Part shown: piece by piece, positions 30,744-40,417 of the stretch
Position numbering within the stretch: position 1 is the first letter of the stretch
How the letters are laid out: the number at the start of each line of letters is the position of its first letter
Assembly (NCBI GenBank): GCA_043816005.1
Contig: JBDRIM010000064.1
Span: 13,832 to 77,831 of the forward strand
Origin: Candidatus Micrarchaeota archaeon
GTDB taxonomy: Archaea > Micrarchaeota > Micrarchaeia > Anstonellales > Bilamarchaeaceae
Length of the DNA stretch: 64,000 nt
Direction: 5' to 3'
The notes under the pieces: model-generated
Databases searched by the model: none
Seen by the model: only the letters and a program-made list of their open reading frames with translations
Told to the model about the DNA's origin: nothing
Translations under genes and position numbers: made by a program

Positions 30744-31001
30744 ATGGCCAAGTATCTTATAGCAAGACAACTCTCGGGTAAAAAATTAGTAACAAACGAA
30801 GGCGATGATTTTGGAAGACTCGTTGATATCGAAGTCAACGAAGTTAGTGGTAAGATTGAGACGCTAGTAGTTGAACCAAATCCAGATAGTGGTTTGGCCT
30901 CTAAAATGAAAAAAGAGGATGGATTGGTTCATATCCCGTATGAAAGTGTTCTTGCAGTCGGAGACTTCATTATAGTCGAAAAAAGGAACATTGCATATTG
31001 A
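30744..31001 (+). CDS. PRC-barrel domain protein
   Basis: LSGKKLVTNEG...GRLVDI...IPYESVLAVGDFIIV. Confidence 0.9.
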   Translation: MAKYLIARQLSGKKLVTNEGDDFGRLVDIEVNEVSGKIETLVVEPNPDSGLASKMKKEDGLVHIPYESVLAVGDFIIVEKRNIAY

Positions 31002-31063
31002 TAAAACCTACCCCCCTTTAACCTCTTTATTTTTAATTAAGATTCTTTATATAATTTCTACTT

Positions 31064-31699
31064 ATGTTCTCATATATTGCAGGAATTGATGAAGCAGGAC
31101 GCGGAGCAGTTATCGGTCCACTAGTCATCTGTTGTGCTGTTTGTAAACGAGAGAATGAAAAAATATTGAAAAAATGGGCATCAAAAGATTCAAAAGCATT
31201 AACCCCAAAACAAAGAGAAACTGCTTATGAAGAACTTAAAAAATTCTGTACTTTTAGATGGGTTGCCGTCAGTGCAGTTGATTTGACCAAATTTATGAAA
31301 ACAATGAGTTTGAATGATATTGAAGCAAAGGTTATGGCTGACCTTATAAAAAAAGTTGATGAAGGAGACGTAATGATAGATATGCCTGACAGATATTCGT
31401 GGACATTCAGAAAACGTATGGAAAAATTTGGTGTTAGTAAATTTGAAGCAGAACACAAAGCAGATGAAAAATACCCCATTGTTGCGGCAGCATCCATTTG
31501 TGCAAAGGTAATAAGAGATGCTAAAATAGTTGAGATAAAACAGGCAACCTGCGATTTTGGAAGTGGTTATCCGTCTGATCCAAAAACTATAAACGCACTC
31601 AAAGATAATGAAAAGATGAAACAGTTGCTACCAGTTGTTAGAACAAGATGGAAAACATTAGAAAGGATAAAACAAACTAAACTTTTTGATGGTGAATAA
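31064..31699 (+). CDS. rnhB: ribonuclease HII
   Basis: GIDEAGRG, DSK, AASICAKV, GSGYPSDP; C-terminal PIP-box-like QTKLF. Confidence 0.95.
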   Translation: MFSYIAGIDEAGRGAVIGPLVICCAVCKRENEKILKKWASKDSKALTPKQRETAYEELKKFCTFRWVAVSAVDLTKFMKTMSLNDIEAKVMADLIKKVDEGDVMIDMPDRYSWTFRKRMEKFGVSKFEAEHKADEKYPIVAAASICAKVIRDAKIVEIKQATCDFGSGYPSDPKTINALKDNEKMKQLLPVVRTRWKTLERIKQTKLFDGE

Positions 31700-31729
31700 T
31701 ATAGTCAATTATGAATTTCGGTGAAATTT

Positions 31730-32005
31730 ATGGCAAAAGTAAAGATAATTAATGATAATATTACTATTGAAATTCCAAATGGATCACGACTGCTTGAGTA
31801 TGCAAAAGAGAATACTAATATGCTTTTTGGATGCGAATCAGGAACGTGTGGGACGTGCATTTGTAAGATAATAAAAGGGGAAGAAAACATCAATGGAAAA
31901 AGTGCATCTGAAGAACTTTTTTTGGCTAAAAAAAGTGCGCAGAAAAATGAAAGATTAGCATGCCAAATTTGGATAAAAAAAGGGGATGTTGAGATAGAGT
32001 ATTAG
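31730..32005 (+). CDS. [2Fe-2S] ferredoxin
   Basis: CESGTCGTC...RLAC. Confidence 0.9.
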   Translation: MAKVKIINDNITIEIPNGSRLLEYAKENTNMLFGCESGTCGTCICKIIKGEENINGKSASEELFLAKKSAQKNERLACQIWIKKGDVEIEY

Positions 32006-32733
32006 TTCTCTACACCGTTACTCTCAACTTTGATTTTTCCTTTCATTATTGGATGGGTAACTGAATAATATTCACAGGTCATAATTTGATCCATGACCAG
32101 TGTTGCATTTTGTCCTTTCCCAAGGACATTTGTATCAAATATTTCATTTCCGTTAATGAAACAGGTTGCTGATCTTGGGAAATTACCAGTATTAACAAAT
32201 GTGACACGATCCGACACCTTTACAGTAAGATCATCTGGAGTATACGAGAAATCCTTTATAGTGACTGTGTAGTCTTGTGGATCATAAGAAAGGATCTTTT
32301 CTTTTTCAATGGTAAACATAACCTGCTTCGAAGAACCATATGATTTTTTATCGTTGGTTAAAAGTTCGATAGTAATAACATGTTCACCTATGCCAAGTGA
32401 GGGGATTAGATAGTTCTTTGAAGTAACCGTAATTGGTTGTTCGCTATCAACCGTAACTCTAAAGTGACCTTCACCTTGTTTTGGAGTAGCCCCAGGTTGT
32501 TTAAGAACAAGATTCTGGGTGGTTAATACTAATGTCACATCATAGGTTGTACCTTGGATTATGAAAACTTCGTCTGAAATTGGGCTTGTTATGACAAACG
32601 AAGGATTTTTTACCACTGGTGGCGTTATGGTATCATTAGTTGATGAATTAGTATCATTTTGTTCTGGTGGTGGTGAAAAACAACCAGTCAGAACCATCCC
32701 AAAGACCAATAAGGTTAAAATGAATAATCTCAT
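32002..32733 (-). CDS. lipoprotein with Ig-like domain and degenerate cupredoxin-like domain
   Basis: LTGC lipobox; IKDFSYTP...VTFVN...YY.VTHPIMKGKIKV plastocyanin-like fold. Confidence 0.7.
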   Translation of the reverse strand: MRLFILTLLVFGMVLTGCFSPPPEQNDTNSSTNDTITPPVVKNPSFVITSPISDEVFIIQGTTYDVTLVLTTQNLVLKQPGATPKQGEGHFRVTVDSEQPITVTSKNYLIPSLGIGEHVITIELLTNDKKSYGSSKQVMFTIEKEKILSYDPQDYTVTIKDFSYTPDDLTVKVSDRVTFVNTGNFPRSATCFINGNEIFDTNVLGKGQNATLVMDQIMTCEYYSVTHPIMKGKIKVESNGVEN

Positions 32734-32786
32734 GGATTTTAATTGTGGCCCACGGTTAATAAAATGTATGTTTAGGAGGGGATTCT

Positions 32787-33419
32787 ATCATAAAAGGCGT
32801 ACTTTTTGATTTTGACGGAGTAGTAGTACAATCAGAACAACTTCATATGACAACTTTCCTTGAATTGTTGGAACCATATGGTGTAAAAGTAAGTGAAAAA
32901 AGATGGTATAGCGAATTTGCTGGAACTGGTTCGAAGCACATATTTGAAGTGCTGGTCAAAGAATACAAAATACTAAAATCAGTGGACGAATTGGTTCAGA
33001 CAAGAAAAGATAATTATGAAAAGGCAGTTAGAAATGGAATGTTGAAGTTAACACCAGGGGTTGTGGAATTTTTGAAAAAACTCAAAGAAAAAAAGATAAA
33101 AATTGCAATTGTTTCAGGAAGCCACAGAACGAATATAAATGCAGCTTTGGAAATTTTCTGTTTAGCTAAATTTTTCGACGTGATTGTCAGTGGTGATGAA
33201 CTTGAAAAACGTAAACCAGATCCAGAACCATTTTTATACGCTGCAAGAAAACTCGATCTTACCCCCGATGAATGTATGGCAATAGAGGATTCTGTTCCTG
33301 GAGCAAAATCCGTTAAAGCAGCAGGTATGAAATTAGTAATTGTCCATTCCCCTGCTAATATTCTCATAGATGAAGAAGCGATAGAGATAAAGGACTTTGA
33401 AGGATTCAATTTACCATAA
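32787..33419 (+). CDS. HAD-superfamily phosphatase (beta-PGM-like), apparent ATC start
   Basis: IKGVLFDFDGV motif I lies upstream of the track's ATG; KPDPEP and IEDS motifs. Confidence 0.85.
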   Translation: MIKGVLFDFDGVVVQSEQLHMTTFLELLEPYGVKVSEKRWYSEFAGTGSKHIFEVLVKEYKILKSVDELVQTRKDNYEKAVRNGMLKLTPGVVEFLKKLKEKKIKIAIVSGSHRTNINAALEIFCLAKFFDVIVSGDELEKRKPDPEPFLYAARKLDLTPDECMAIEDSVPGAKSVKAAGMKLVIVHSPANILIDEEAIEIKDFEGFNLP

Positions 33420-33489
33420 ACCATAACTTTTTATATGGTTTTAATAAAAATAAATTATACGTTCGGAGTTTCCGCTCGAGAGGTTTAAT

Positions 33490-34665
33490 ATGATAAAGCT
33501 TGAGCTGGACCGAAAAAAACGTCACCTGCGGGTGTTGGAACAATCTGATGTTTCGTCCTTGCAAAACGGTTTTTACGGCCAGATGAAAAGAGGAATTATT
33601 TACTTGTCCCCAGAAGAAGCGCTATACATCATGGATATTAGAAACGGTAGATGTTATGACGATGCATTCAATGAATACTCATTTAACGAAGTCGCATCAT
33701 TATTTGTAAAAAATAAAAAACTACTTGCAAGATATTTGACCTATAAGGATTACAGAGACAAGGGACTTGTACTGAGAAATGCGGATGAAACTGATGGAAA
33801 TTATGGTAGGTCAATGTCTGTAAAGTATAAAGGCGGAAATTTTGAACTTGATGGATACTCATTTGATGGTTTATTTTTTCCTAATGATTTGATAACTCTC
33901 GTTGATGATGAGAGAGTTGGAAAAGAACTTTACGAAAGATATTGGATTGGACAATTTGGAACATATAAGGCAGCGCATAGAGGTAAAACTTCAAAACTAG
34001 ATATATATGAAACGATTTATCTTATTAAACATGGTGAACTCCATCTAAAGAACTCCAATCTTGAGCAGGTTGAAAAAGTTGCCAAAAAAAGAATCAAATT
34101 TTTCAGCGATATGTATCTTGTTTACGAAGACTGGAGAAAAAGAGGGTATGTAATAAAAACAGGATTTAAATTTGGAACGCATTTTAGGATTTATTTCCCT
34201 GGTGCTTCCCCCGTAAGAAGTGAAGACGAATGGATGCACTCTAAACATGTTATTCATGTTTTCCCAAGGAAACATAAACTGATAATTTCAGAATGGGCAC
34301 GTGCCATAAGAGTTGCACACAGCGTGAAAAAAACTTTCATCTTGGCTATTCCAGGCAAAAAAACAGTAGTTGAATTCAATCCAAAAAAACCCAGACTTGA
34401 TTATTTACTCTACCATAGAAAAAAAGGTGGGATAGAAACCCCTAAGGATGGGACCCCTAAGTATTTGATGTATTCGCTTACTGAAGACGAACGCATAGGT
34501 GGAGAGGAACTTGCCACTGCGCTTGCAGAATGCCATCATTTTGGCCTTGAGATGCTCATGGCAATAAGTGATAGAGAGAGTAGTGTCACTTATTACGTGA
34601 TAAAATCGATTGATTTGCCGGGAAGCGAATATGAATATTATGAAATTGAATGGGTTCAGCCCTAG
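33490..34665 (+). CDS. endA: tRNA splicing endonuclease, multi-unit (epsilon2-like)
   Basis: Two N-terminal subdomain repeats (LSPEEALY...YKDYRDKG; LDIYETIY...YEDWRKRG), catalytic GFKFGTHFRIY/H/VAHSVKK and an extra C-terminal subdomain (VTYY); 391 aa. Confidence 0.9.
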   Translation: MIKLELDRKKRHLRVLEQSDVSSLQNGFYGQMKRGIIYLSPEEALYIMDIRNGRCYDDAFNEYSFNEVASLFVKNKKLLARYLTYKDYRDKGLVLRNADETDGNYGRSMSVKYKGGNFELDGYSFDGLFFPNDLITLVDDERVGKELYERYWIGQFGTYKAAHRGKTSKLDIYETIYLIKHGELHLKNSNLEQVEKVAKKRIKFFSDMYLVYEDWRKRGYVIKTGFKFGTHFRIYFPGASPVRSEDEWMHSKHVIHVFPRKHKLIISEWARAIRVAHSVKKTFILAIPGKKTVVEFNPKKPRLDYLLYHRKKGGIETPKDGTPKYLMYSLTEDERIGGEELATALAECHHFGLEMLMAISDRESSVTYYVIKSIDLPGSEYEYYEIEWVQP

Positions 34666-34679
34666 GCATCGCCCATTGC

Positions 34680-34830
34680 ACCTAAAATTCCGTTGAATTT
34701 TAGGTTTGGATGATGACAACCATAACGAGGTAAATAGTCCTTGCGACAAATCTCGGAACCTATGTTTATAATAGAACGATGTTTTGAACGGCGAACCGTT
34801 CAAGACAGCCGTGAACGTTGCGACGTTCAC
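34680..34830. repeat. intergenic hairpin cluster, partly homologous to the tRNA-Arg(UCU) D-loop intron
   Basis: Hairpins at 34680-34705, 34784-34803 and 34811-34830. Confidence 0.7.
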
Positions 34831-34885
34831 AATATCAGACTAGAGAGGATATAATATTAATGAGAAAATATTAGAGGTGTATATT

Positions 34886-35161
34886 ATGCAAGTAAGAGCA
34901 AGCCACATTCTTGTGGAAGATGAAAAAACAGCAAAAAAATTGAAATATGAGATAGATGCAGGAGCAGATTTCAAAAAGATAGCAAGGAAAAATTCAAAAT
35001 GCCCAAGTGGAGAAGCAGGAGGAGATCTTGGATTCTTCGGAAAAGGCCAAATGGTAAAGGAATTTGAAACTGCAGCATTTTCGCTTGCTGTTGGTGTTGT
35101 TTCAGAACCAATCAAAACTGAATTTGGATATCATTTGATTATGATAACTGAGAAGAGATAA
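34886..35161 (+). CDS. ppiC: parvulin-type peptidyl-prolyl isomerase
   Basis: [30 protein letters not shown]. Confidence 0.93.
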   Translation: MQVRASHILVEDEKTAKKLKYEIDAGADFKKIARKNSKCPSGEAGGDLGFFGKGQMVKEFETAAFSLAVGVVSEPIKTEFGYHLIMITEKR

Positions 35162-35281
35162 ATTTAATTAATGAGACAGCGCCCCATTAAACATTATAAC
35201 ACCTAAACCCACGAAGTGGGTTTCATTAACAAAATAAGGTAGATTTTTAATTTGCCTGTTTCATAATCTGAGTTGGTGTGT

Positions 35282-35905
35282 ATGAGAAAGTACGTATTTT
35301 TGCTAGTTTTGATGCTGACTATTAGCTTTGCAGCCATATGGGAATCAGGAGATGGCGGAAAAGAATTTGCAAAGAATACAATAGAAAAAATGTGTATTGA
35401 ACCAGATACTGCAGCTGTTTATTCGTGCAATGGAAATGTTATACGAGTTGTTTCTTCAACTTCAGGAGCTGGAAGTACCTTCTATAAACCAGACGGCAGG
35501 ATAGTAAATTGTCCAGAAGTTTCAGCACCAGCAATGGGTGCAGAGTGTCTTCAGATGATGATGCCGAACTACTGCCCACAACAAGAACAGTGTGGTGAAT
35601 CTAATGCAACAATAGTGTTTCCTGGAAATGATTTAGAAACACCAGTTGTTGAACCAGAACCAGTAGAACCGGAAGAGAACAATACTGTTGTTCAACCGCC
35701 AGTAGAACCTCCAGTTACACCACCACCCACTCCGCCAGTTATTGAGCCACCGCCAGTAGAACCAACAGTGAACCCTACTCCGATAATAAAGACAGGCACT
35801 GAAAATCCAATGAATTTTGTTTTGCCAATTGTCTTACTTTTGGGAGTGGCTGCAATCATAATATTATTTATGTTATTCAGGAACAGCATTCACCATGATG
35901 TTTAA
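35282..35905 (+). CDS. exported Cys-rich protein with Pro-rich stalk and C-terminal TM
   Basis: Signal peptide, 6 Cys, PPVEP repeats, TM anchor. Confidence 0.7.
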   Translation: MRKYVFLLVLMLTISFAAIWESGDGGKEFAKNTIEKMCIEPDTAAVYSCNGNVIRVVSSTSGAGSTFYKPDGRIVNCPEVSAPAMGAECLQMMMPNYCPQQEQCGESNATIVFPGNDLETPVVEPEPVEPEENNTVVQPPVEPPVTPPPTPPVIEPPPVEPTVNPTPIIKTGTENPMNFVLPIVLLLGVAAIIILFMLFRNSIHHDV

Positions 35906-37104
35906 TTTTCGATATATCGTTCTTCTTTTTCAAGTTTTTTAATTAATTTTCCGATTTTCTCATGTGCCTCACGAAACGGCATCCCTTTTTTTACAAGATC
36001 ATCTGCAAGTAAGGTTGCAGCTGCATAGTTAGTTTTGATCAATTCATCTGCCTTTTTTTTATTCCACTTTATTTTAGGCATTATTTCCGCAGAAATCAAA
36101 ATTGATGCTAGAATAGTTTCAACTGAGTCTATAACTGCCTTTTTCGTCTCTTGGGTATCTGCATTATGCCCCGTAGGCGTTCCTTTCATTATAGTAAGCA
36201 AATTAACCAAATTACCATTGATTTTGCCTGTTCTTCCACGTATAAGCTCAAAGACATCTGGATTCATTTTGTTTGGCATTATACTGCTGCCAGTGCAGTA
36301 ATCCTCTGGTAATTCAATTAAACCGACATAACTAAACCAAATCATATCCTCTGCAATTCGTGAAAGTTTTGTTGCTAAAATACTGCAAATAAAAACGAGC
36401 TCTGCTTCGAGTTCGCCACGCGAACTTATTATCTCAAGAGGGTTTTCCTCAACACCATCAAAACCAAGCAATTTGGCAGTATAATTTTTGTCTATTGGCA
36501 ATGTAGTACCTGAAATAGCACATGCACCCAATGGGGATTTGTTTATTCTTTTGTAAAATTGTTCCAAACGTTCAATATCCTTTCCAAAAGAAATGACATA
36601 CGCATCAGAATAGAATTTGCTTGAAATTGGCTGTGCAACTCTAGTATGTGTATGTGCAGGAATTGTAATGTTTCCTTTGCCAAACGCAGTGAATGCCTCC
36701 TGGAGCTTCTGTGCTGCCATCTTCAGTTCCTTCACCCTATCTCGCATATATAAACGCATGTCTAGATTGACCTGGTCATTTCTTGAACGTGCAGTATGTA
36801 TTTTTTTACCGTGCGGTGTTTTTTTGGTAACTGCAACTTCAACATTCATATGAACGTCTTCAAGAGTTGGATCGAGTTTGAAAGTGCCTGCTTTCCACTC
36901 GGATAAAACTTCGTTTAATGCTGTAAGAATTGCTTCTGATTCTTCTTGTTTGATGAGTTTTTGTTTAGTTAGCATTTTCACATGAGCAATGCTACCTATG
37001 ATGTCATATTCAACAAGTTTTTCGTCGATTAATATGTTATCAGCACTATTGAACAACAGTAAATTTTTTCTCGTATCTTTTGAAAATCGTCCTCCCCAAA
37101 TCAT
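35902..37104 (-). CDS. argH: argininosuccinate lyase
   Basis: WGGRF, HTARSRNDQ, GSSIMPNKMNPD, PFREAH. Confidence 0.95.
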   Translation of the reverse strand: MIWGGRFSKDTRKNLLLFNSADNILIDEKLVEYDIIGSIAHVKMLTKQKLIKQEESEAILTALNEVLSEWKAGTFKLDPTLEDVHMNVEVAVTKKTPHGKKIHTARSRNDQVNLDMRLYMRDRVKELKMAAQKLQEAFTAFGKGNITIPAHTHTRVAQPISSKFYSDAYVISFGKDIERLEQFYKRINKSPLGACAISGTTLPIDKNYTAKLLGFDGVEENPLEIISSRGELEAELVFICSILATKLSRIAEDMIWFSYVGLIELPEDYCTGSSIMPNKMNPDVFELIRGRTGKINGNLVNLLTIMKGTPTGHNADTQETKKAVIDSVETILASILISAEIMPKIKWNKKKADELIKTNYAAATLLADDLVKKGMPFREAHEKIGKLIKKLEKEERYIEN

Positions 37105-37119
37105 TGAACCACCAAATGA

Positions 37120-38382
37120 TTACTTATCATCTTTCTTATCAGTAATTTTTTTTGATTTAGCACGTTGCATAGTAATTGCATTGTGCGCCATCAAACGAAT
37201 TGCATTGATCTTAATAAATCCCGCAGAATCCATTTGATTGAAGCCACCTTCTATGTCCATGCTTGATAGATTTTTATCGTAAAGTGAACTAGGAGATTCA
37301 CGCCCTAGGATAGTTATGTTCCCTTTGTAAAGAGAAAGATGAACTACCCCGTCTATAAGCTCTTGGCTTTTGTTGATTGCTGCATTGAGAAAATCCATTT
37401 CAGGACTGAACCAAAAACCATTATACACAAATTCAGAGAACTTTGGTTCAAGCATATCACGCAACCGCATAACTTCTCGATCCATGGCAATTGATTCTAT
37501 GTCAAGGTGTGCAGCACGCAGTATCGTAACACCAGGAGTTTCATAAACTCCCCGTGATTTTATACCAACAAATCTATTCTCAACTATGTCGATACGACCC
37601 ACGCCATTTTCAGCACCAACCTCATTTAAGTAAACGAGAATGTCAAGTGGATTGGATTTTACTGTGTGGTTGTCCTTGTTTACAACTTTGATTGGAATGC
37701 CGTTTTTGAAATGGATTTCTAGAGTTGTTTCTTTTTCAGGTGCATCTTGAGGAGATTTTGTCCATTCAAACATGGCTGGATTTGGAGCAGTCATTGGATC
37801 TTCAAGCATACCAGACTCATAACTGATATGCATAAGATTAGCATCAGTACTGTATGGTTTTTCATGAGTTGCTTTTATTGGAATTCCTTTTTCTTTTGCA
37901 TAATTTATGAGATCAGGTCTGCCCTTGAATTTTGCCAAGAATTCCTGGTCTTTCCATGGTGCAAGGACTATAATTTTTGGATTTAATGCATAGTATGTAA
38001 GTTCAAAACGAACCTGGTCGTTTCCTTTTCCTGTTGCCCCATGCGAAACATATTGCGCACCTTCTTCTTTGGCAATTTCGATTTGTTTCTGAGCTATCAC
38101 TGGTCTGGCAAGTGATGTTCCAAGAAGATATCGGCTTTCGTAAATTGCATTTGCTTTGATTGCAGGGAAGATAAAATCAGTTACGAAGAGTTCTTTCAAA
38201 TCTTCTACATAGACCTTGGAAGCACCAATTTGAAGTGCCTTTTCCTTTACTGCTTCAAAATCCTCCTGTTGACCAACATCTCCAATATATGCAATTACTT
38301 CATAACCTTTTTCCACTAGCCATTTCAAGATACATGACGTATCTAAACCACCTGAATATGCTAAAACTACTTTTTCTTTCAT
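37120..38382 (-). CDS. argG: argininosuccinate synthase
   Basis: [32 protein letters not shown]. Confidence 0.97.
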   Translation of the reverse strand: MKEKVVLAYSGGLDTSCILKWLVEKGYEVIAYIGDVGQQEDFEAVKEKALQIGASKVYVEDLKELFVTDFIFPAIKANAIYESRYLLGTSLARPVIAQKQIEIAKEEGAQYVSHGATGKGNDQVRFELTYYALNPKIIVLAPWKDQEFLAKFKGRPDLINYAKEKGIPIKATHEKPYSTDANLMHISYESGMLEDPMTAPNPAMFEWTKSPQDAPEKETTLEIHFKNGIPIKVVNKDNHTVKSNPLDILVYLNEVGAENGVGRIDIVENRFVGIKSRGVYETPGVTILRAAHLDIESIAMDREVMRLRDMLEPKFSEFVYNGFWFSPEMDFLNAAINKSQELIDGVVHLSLYKGNITILGRESPSSLYDKNLSSMDIEGGFNQMDSAGFIKINAIRLMAHNAITMQRAKSKKITDKKDDK

Positions 38383-39281
38383 GATAAATTCACCTCTACA
38401 TCTAACCCTGTTTTTTCATCAAAACCAAAACGAATATTCATGTTTTGCACAGCTTGTGATGCTGCCCCTTTGAGTAAATTATCTATTGCACTTATGATTA
38501 CATGATGATCTTTTTCTTTTGAAAACCCACCTATTTTACAGTATGGAGACAATGTAACAGATTTGAAATCAGGGATAGTATCGGATATTTTAACAAGTGG
38601 TTCTTTTTTGTAAAATTTCATATAGGTTGATTGTAGATCATCAAAATTGCCAAAAATATGGATGGTGGCAATTAGACCTCGAAAAGAATTAACAACATGT
38701 GGAACAAATGAGAATGGAACATTTAGGAACTTTGATATTTCTGGTTTTTGATAATGGTCCGAAAGACTGTACGGAACTACGTTTTCTGCGAAGTCGTATT
38801 TTTTTGTTTTTCCGCCTCCCGAATAACCACTCTTGCAATCAAAGGCAATTGCTTTGATATTGCCCTTATCCAATGGTAGTATACCAAGTATGGCTGCGGT
38901 TGCATAACAACCTGGATTGGCAATTTTGTTTGATAGTTTTATTTTTTCCCGGTTTTTTTCCGGAAGACCATAAACATAATTATTGTCAAAACGATGGGCA
39001 GGACTAAGATCTATTACTACGGGAGATAATTTGGATGCAATTAAAGAAGATTCTTCTTTTGGAAGTGCAAGAAAAACAACATCCATTCTGTTGAGTTCAT
39101 CGATAGATGGAGCAGAATAAACAAGATCAACAATGGAATCTGGATAAAGTTCTGTCACTTTTTTTTCTATATTGTTTTTGCTTTGTATGAATTTTAGATT
39201 GACTTCTGGATGAGCATGAAGAATAGAGACTAGTTCGTTGCCAGAATAACCAGATGCACCTAAGACTGCCACGTTTATCAT
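38379..39281 (-). CDS. argC: N-acetyl-gamma-glutamyl-phosphate reductase
   Basis: [24 protein letters not shown]. Confidence 0.93.
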   Translation of the reverse strand: MINVAVLGASGYSGNELVSILHAHPEVNLKFIQSKNNIEKKVTELYPDSIVDLVYSAPSIDELNRMDVVFLALPKEESSLIASKLSPVVIDLSPAHRFDNNYVYGLPEKNREKIKLSNKIANPGCYATAAILGILPLDKGNIKAIAFDCKSGYSGGGKTKKYDFAENVVPYSLSDHYQKPEISKFLNVPFSFVPHVVNSFRGLIATIHIFGNFDDLQSTYMKFYKKEPLVKISDTIPDFKSVTLSPYCKIGGFSKEKDHHVIISAIDNLLKGAASQAVQNMNIRFGFDEKTGLDVEVNLS

Positions 39282-40417
39282 AATACAACCTCGTTAAATG
39301 CTGTGATAAATTGGTCTGATTGTTTTGTTGTTAGGATTAATGGTGGCAGTAAACGGATGGTATTATCATGAGCCACATTAACAATGATGCCATTTCCTAT
39401 AAATTTTGCAACTATATCTTTTGTTGGTTTGCTCAGTTCAATTCCAACCATCAAACCTTTACCACGTATCTCTTTTACTTGGCTTTTTCCAAGTTCAGAA
39501 ATTTTATTCATAATGTAACTACCTTGGGTTTTTGCGTTTTCCATCATCCCATTTTTTGTTATTGTATCAGTAACTGAGAGTGCAACAGCACTAACAAATG
39601 AGTTACCACCAAATGTAGATGCATGATCCCCTGGTTCAAAATCAAGACCATTTGAAATTGTGGCACCGATAGGAAGACCATTTGCAAGTCCTTTTGCTGT
39701 TGTCACAATATCTGGTTTTATATTATGTGAAATGTATTCGAAATAGGTTCCAGTTCTTCCGTTTCCTGTTTGAACTTCATCCAATATGAGCAGAACGCCT
39801 TTTGATTGGCAGATTTCATTTAGTTCTTTTAGATAATCAATTGGTGGAACGATAACTCCGGCTTCTTCCTGGATTGGTTCGAGCATTACTGCGGCTGTTT
39901 TTTCTGTTATTGCCTTGGTAATGGCAGAGATATCACCATATGGAACAAAATCAAATTTAGATAAAAGAGGACTAAATTTCTGAGTATATTTTTTGCCATG
40001 AGTAGCTGAGAGACTACCGAGAGTACGACCATGAAATGCGTTTTCGCAAACTATAAATTCGTGCTTTTTAGTATTTGCCATTGCAAGTTTGATTGCTGCT
40101 TCGTTTGCCTCAGTACCACTATTGCTGAAGAAGCATTTCTTAAGACCAGAAATATCAACTAATTTTTTTGCAAGATTGATTTGTTCTTCGGTGTAAAAAA
40201 GATTGCTGATATTAGTAAGTTTATTCGCTTGTGTGATTATTGCATTCTTTACTGCAGGATGTTGATGGCCTAAAGGGCAACATGCAATACCACCCAACAT
40301 ATCCAAATACCATTTTCCATTTGAATCGTAAATATGACACCCAAGTCCAGTGATTATGGCTAATGGATAACGCGAATAGGTATTCATCAGATATTTTTTT
40401 TCGTCGTCAATTAACAT
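39278..40417 (-). CDS. argD: acetylornithine aminotransferase
   Basis: NSGTEANE, FHGRT, DEVQTG, AKGL, TFGG. Confidence 0.9.
   Translation of the reverse strand: MLIDDEKKYLMNTYSRYPLAIITGLGCHIYDSNGKWYLDMLGGIACCPLGHQHPAVKNAIITQANKLTNISNLFYTEEQINLAKKLVDISGLKKCFFSNSGTEANEAAIKLAMANTKKHEFIVCENAFHGRTLGSLSATHGKKYTQKFSPLLSKFDFVPYGDISAITKAITEKTAAVMLEPIQEEAGVIVPPIDYLKELNEICQSKGVLLILDEVQTGNGRTGTYFEYISHNIKPDIVTTAKGLANGLPIGATISNGLDFEPGDHASTFGGNSFVSAVALSVTDTITKNGMMENAKTQGSYIMNKISELGKSQVKEIRGKGLMVGIELSKPTKDIVAKFIGNGIIVNVAHDNTIRLLPPLILTTKQSDQFITAFNEVVL

Noticed and set aside
34710..34760. C/D-box sRNA starting ATGATGA
   Set aside because: No convincing CTGA D box at a suitable distance
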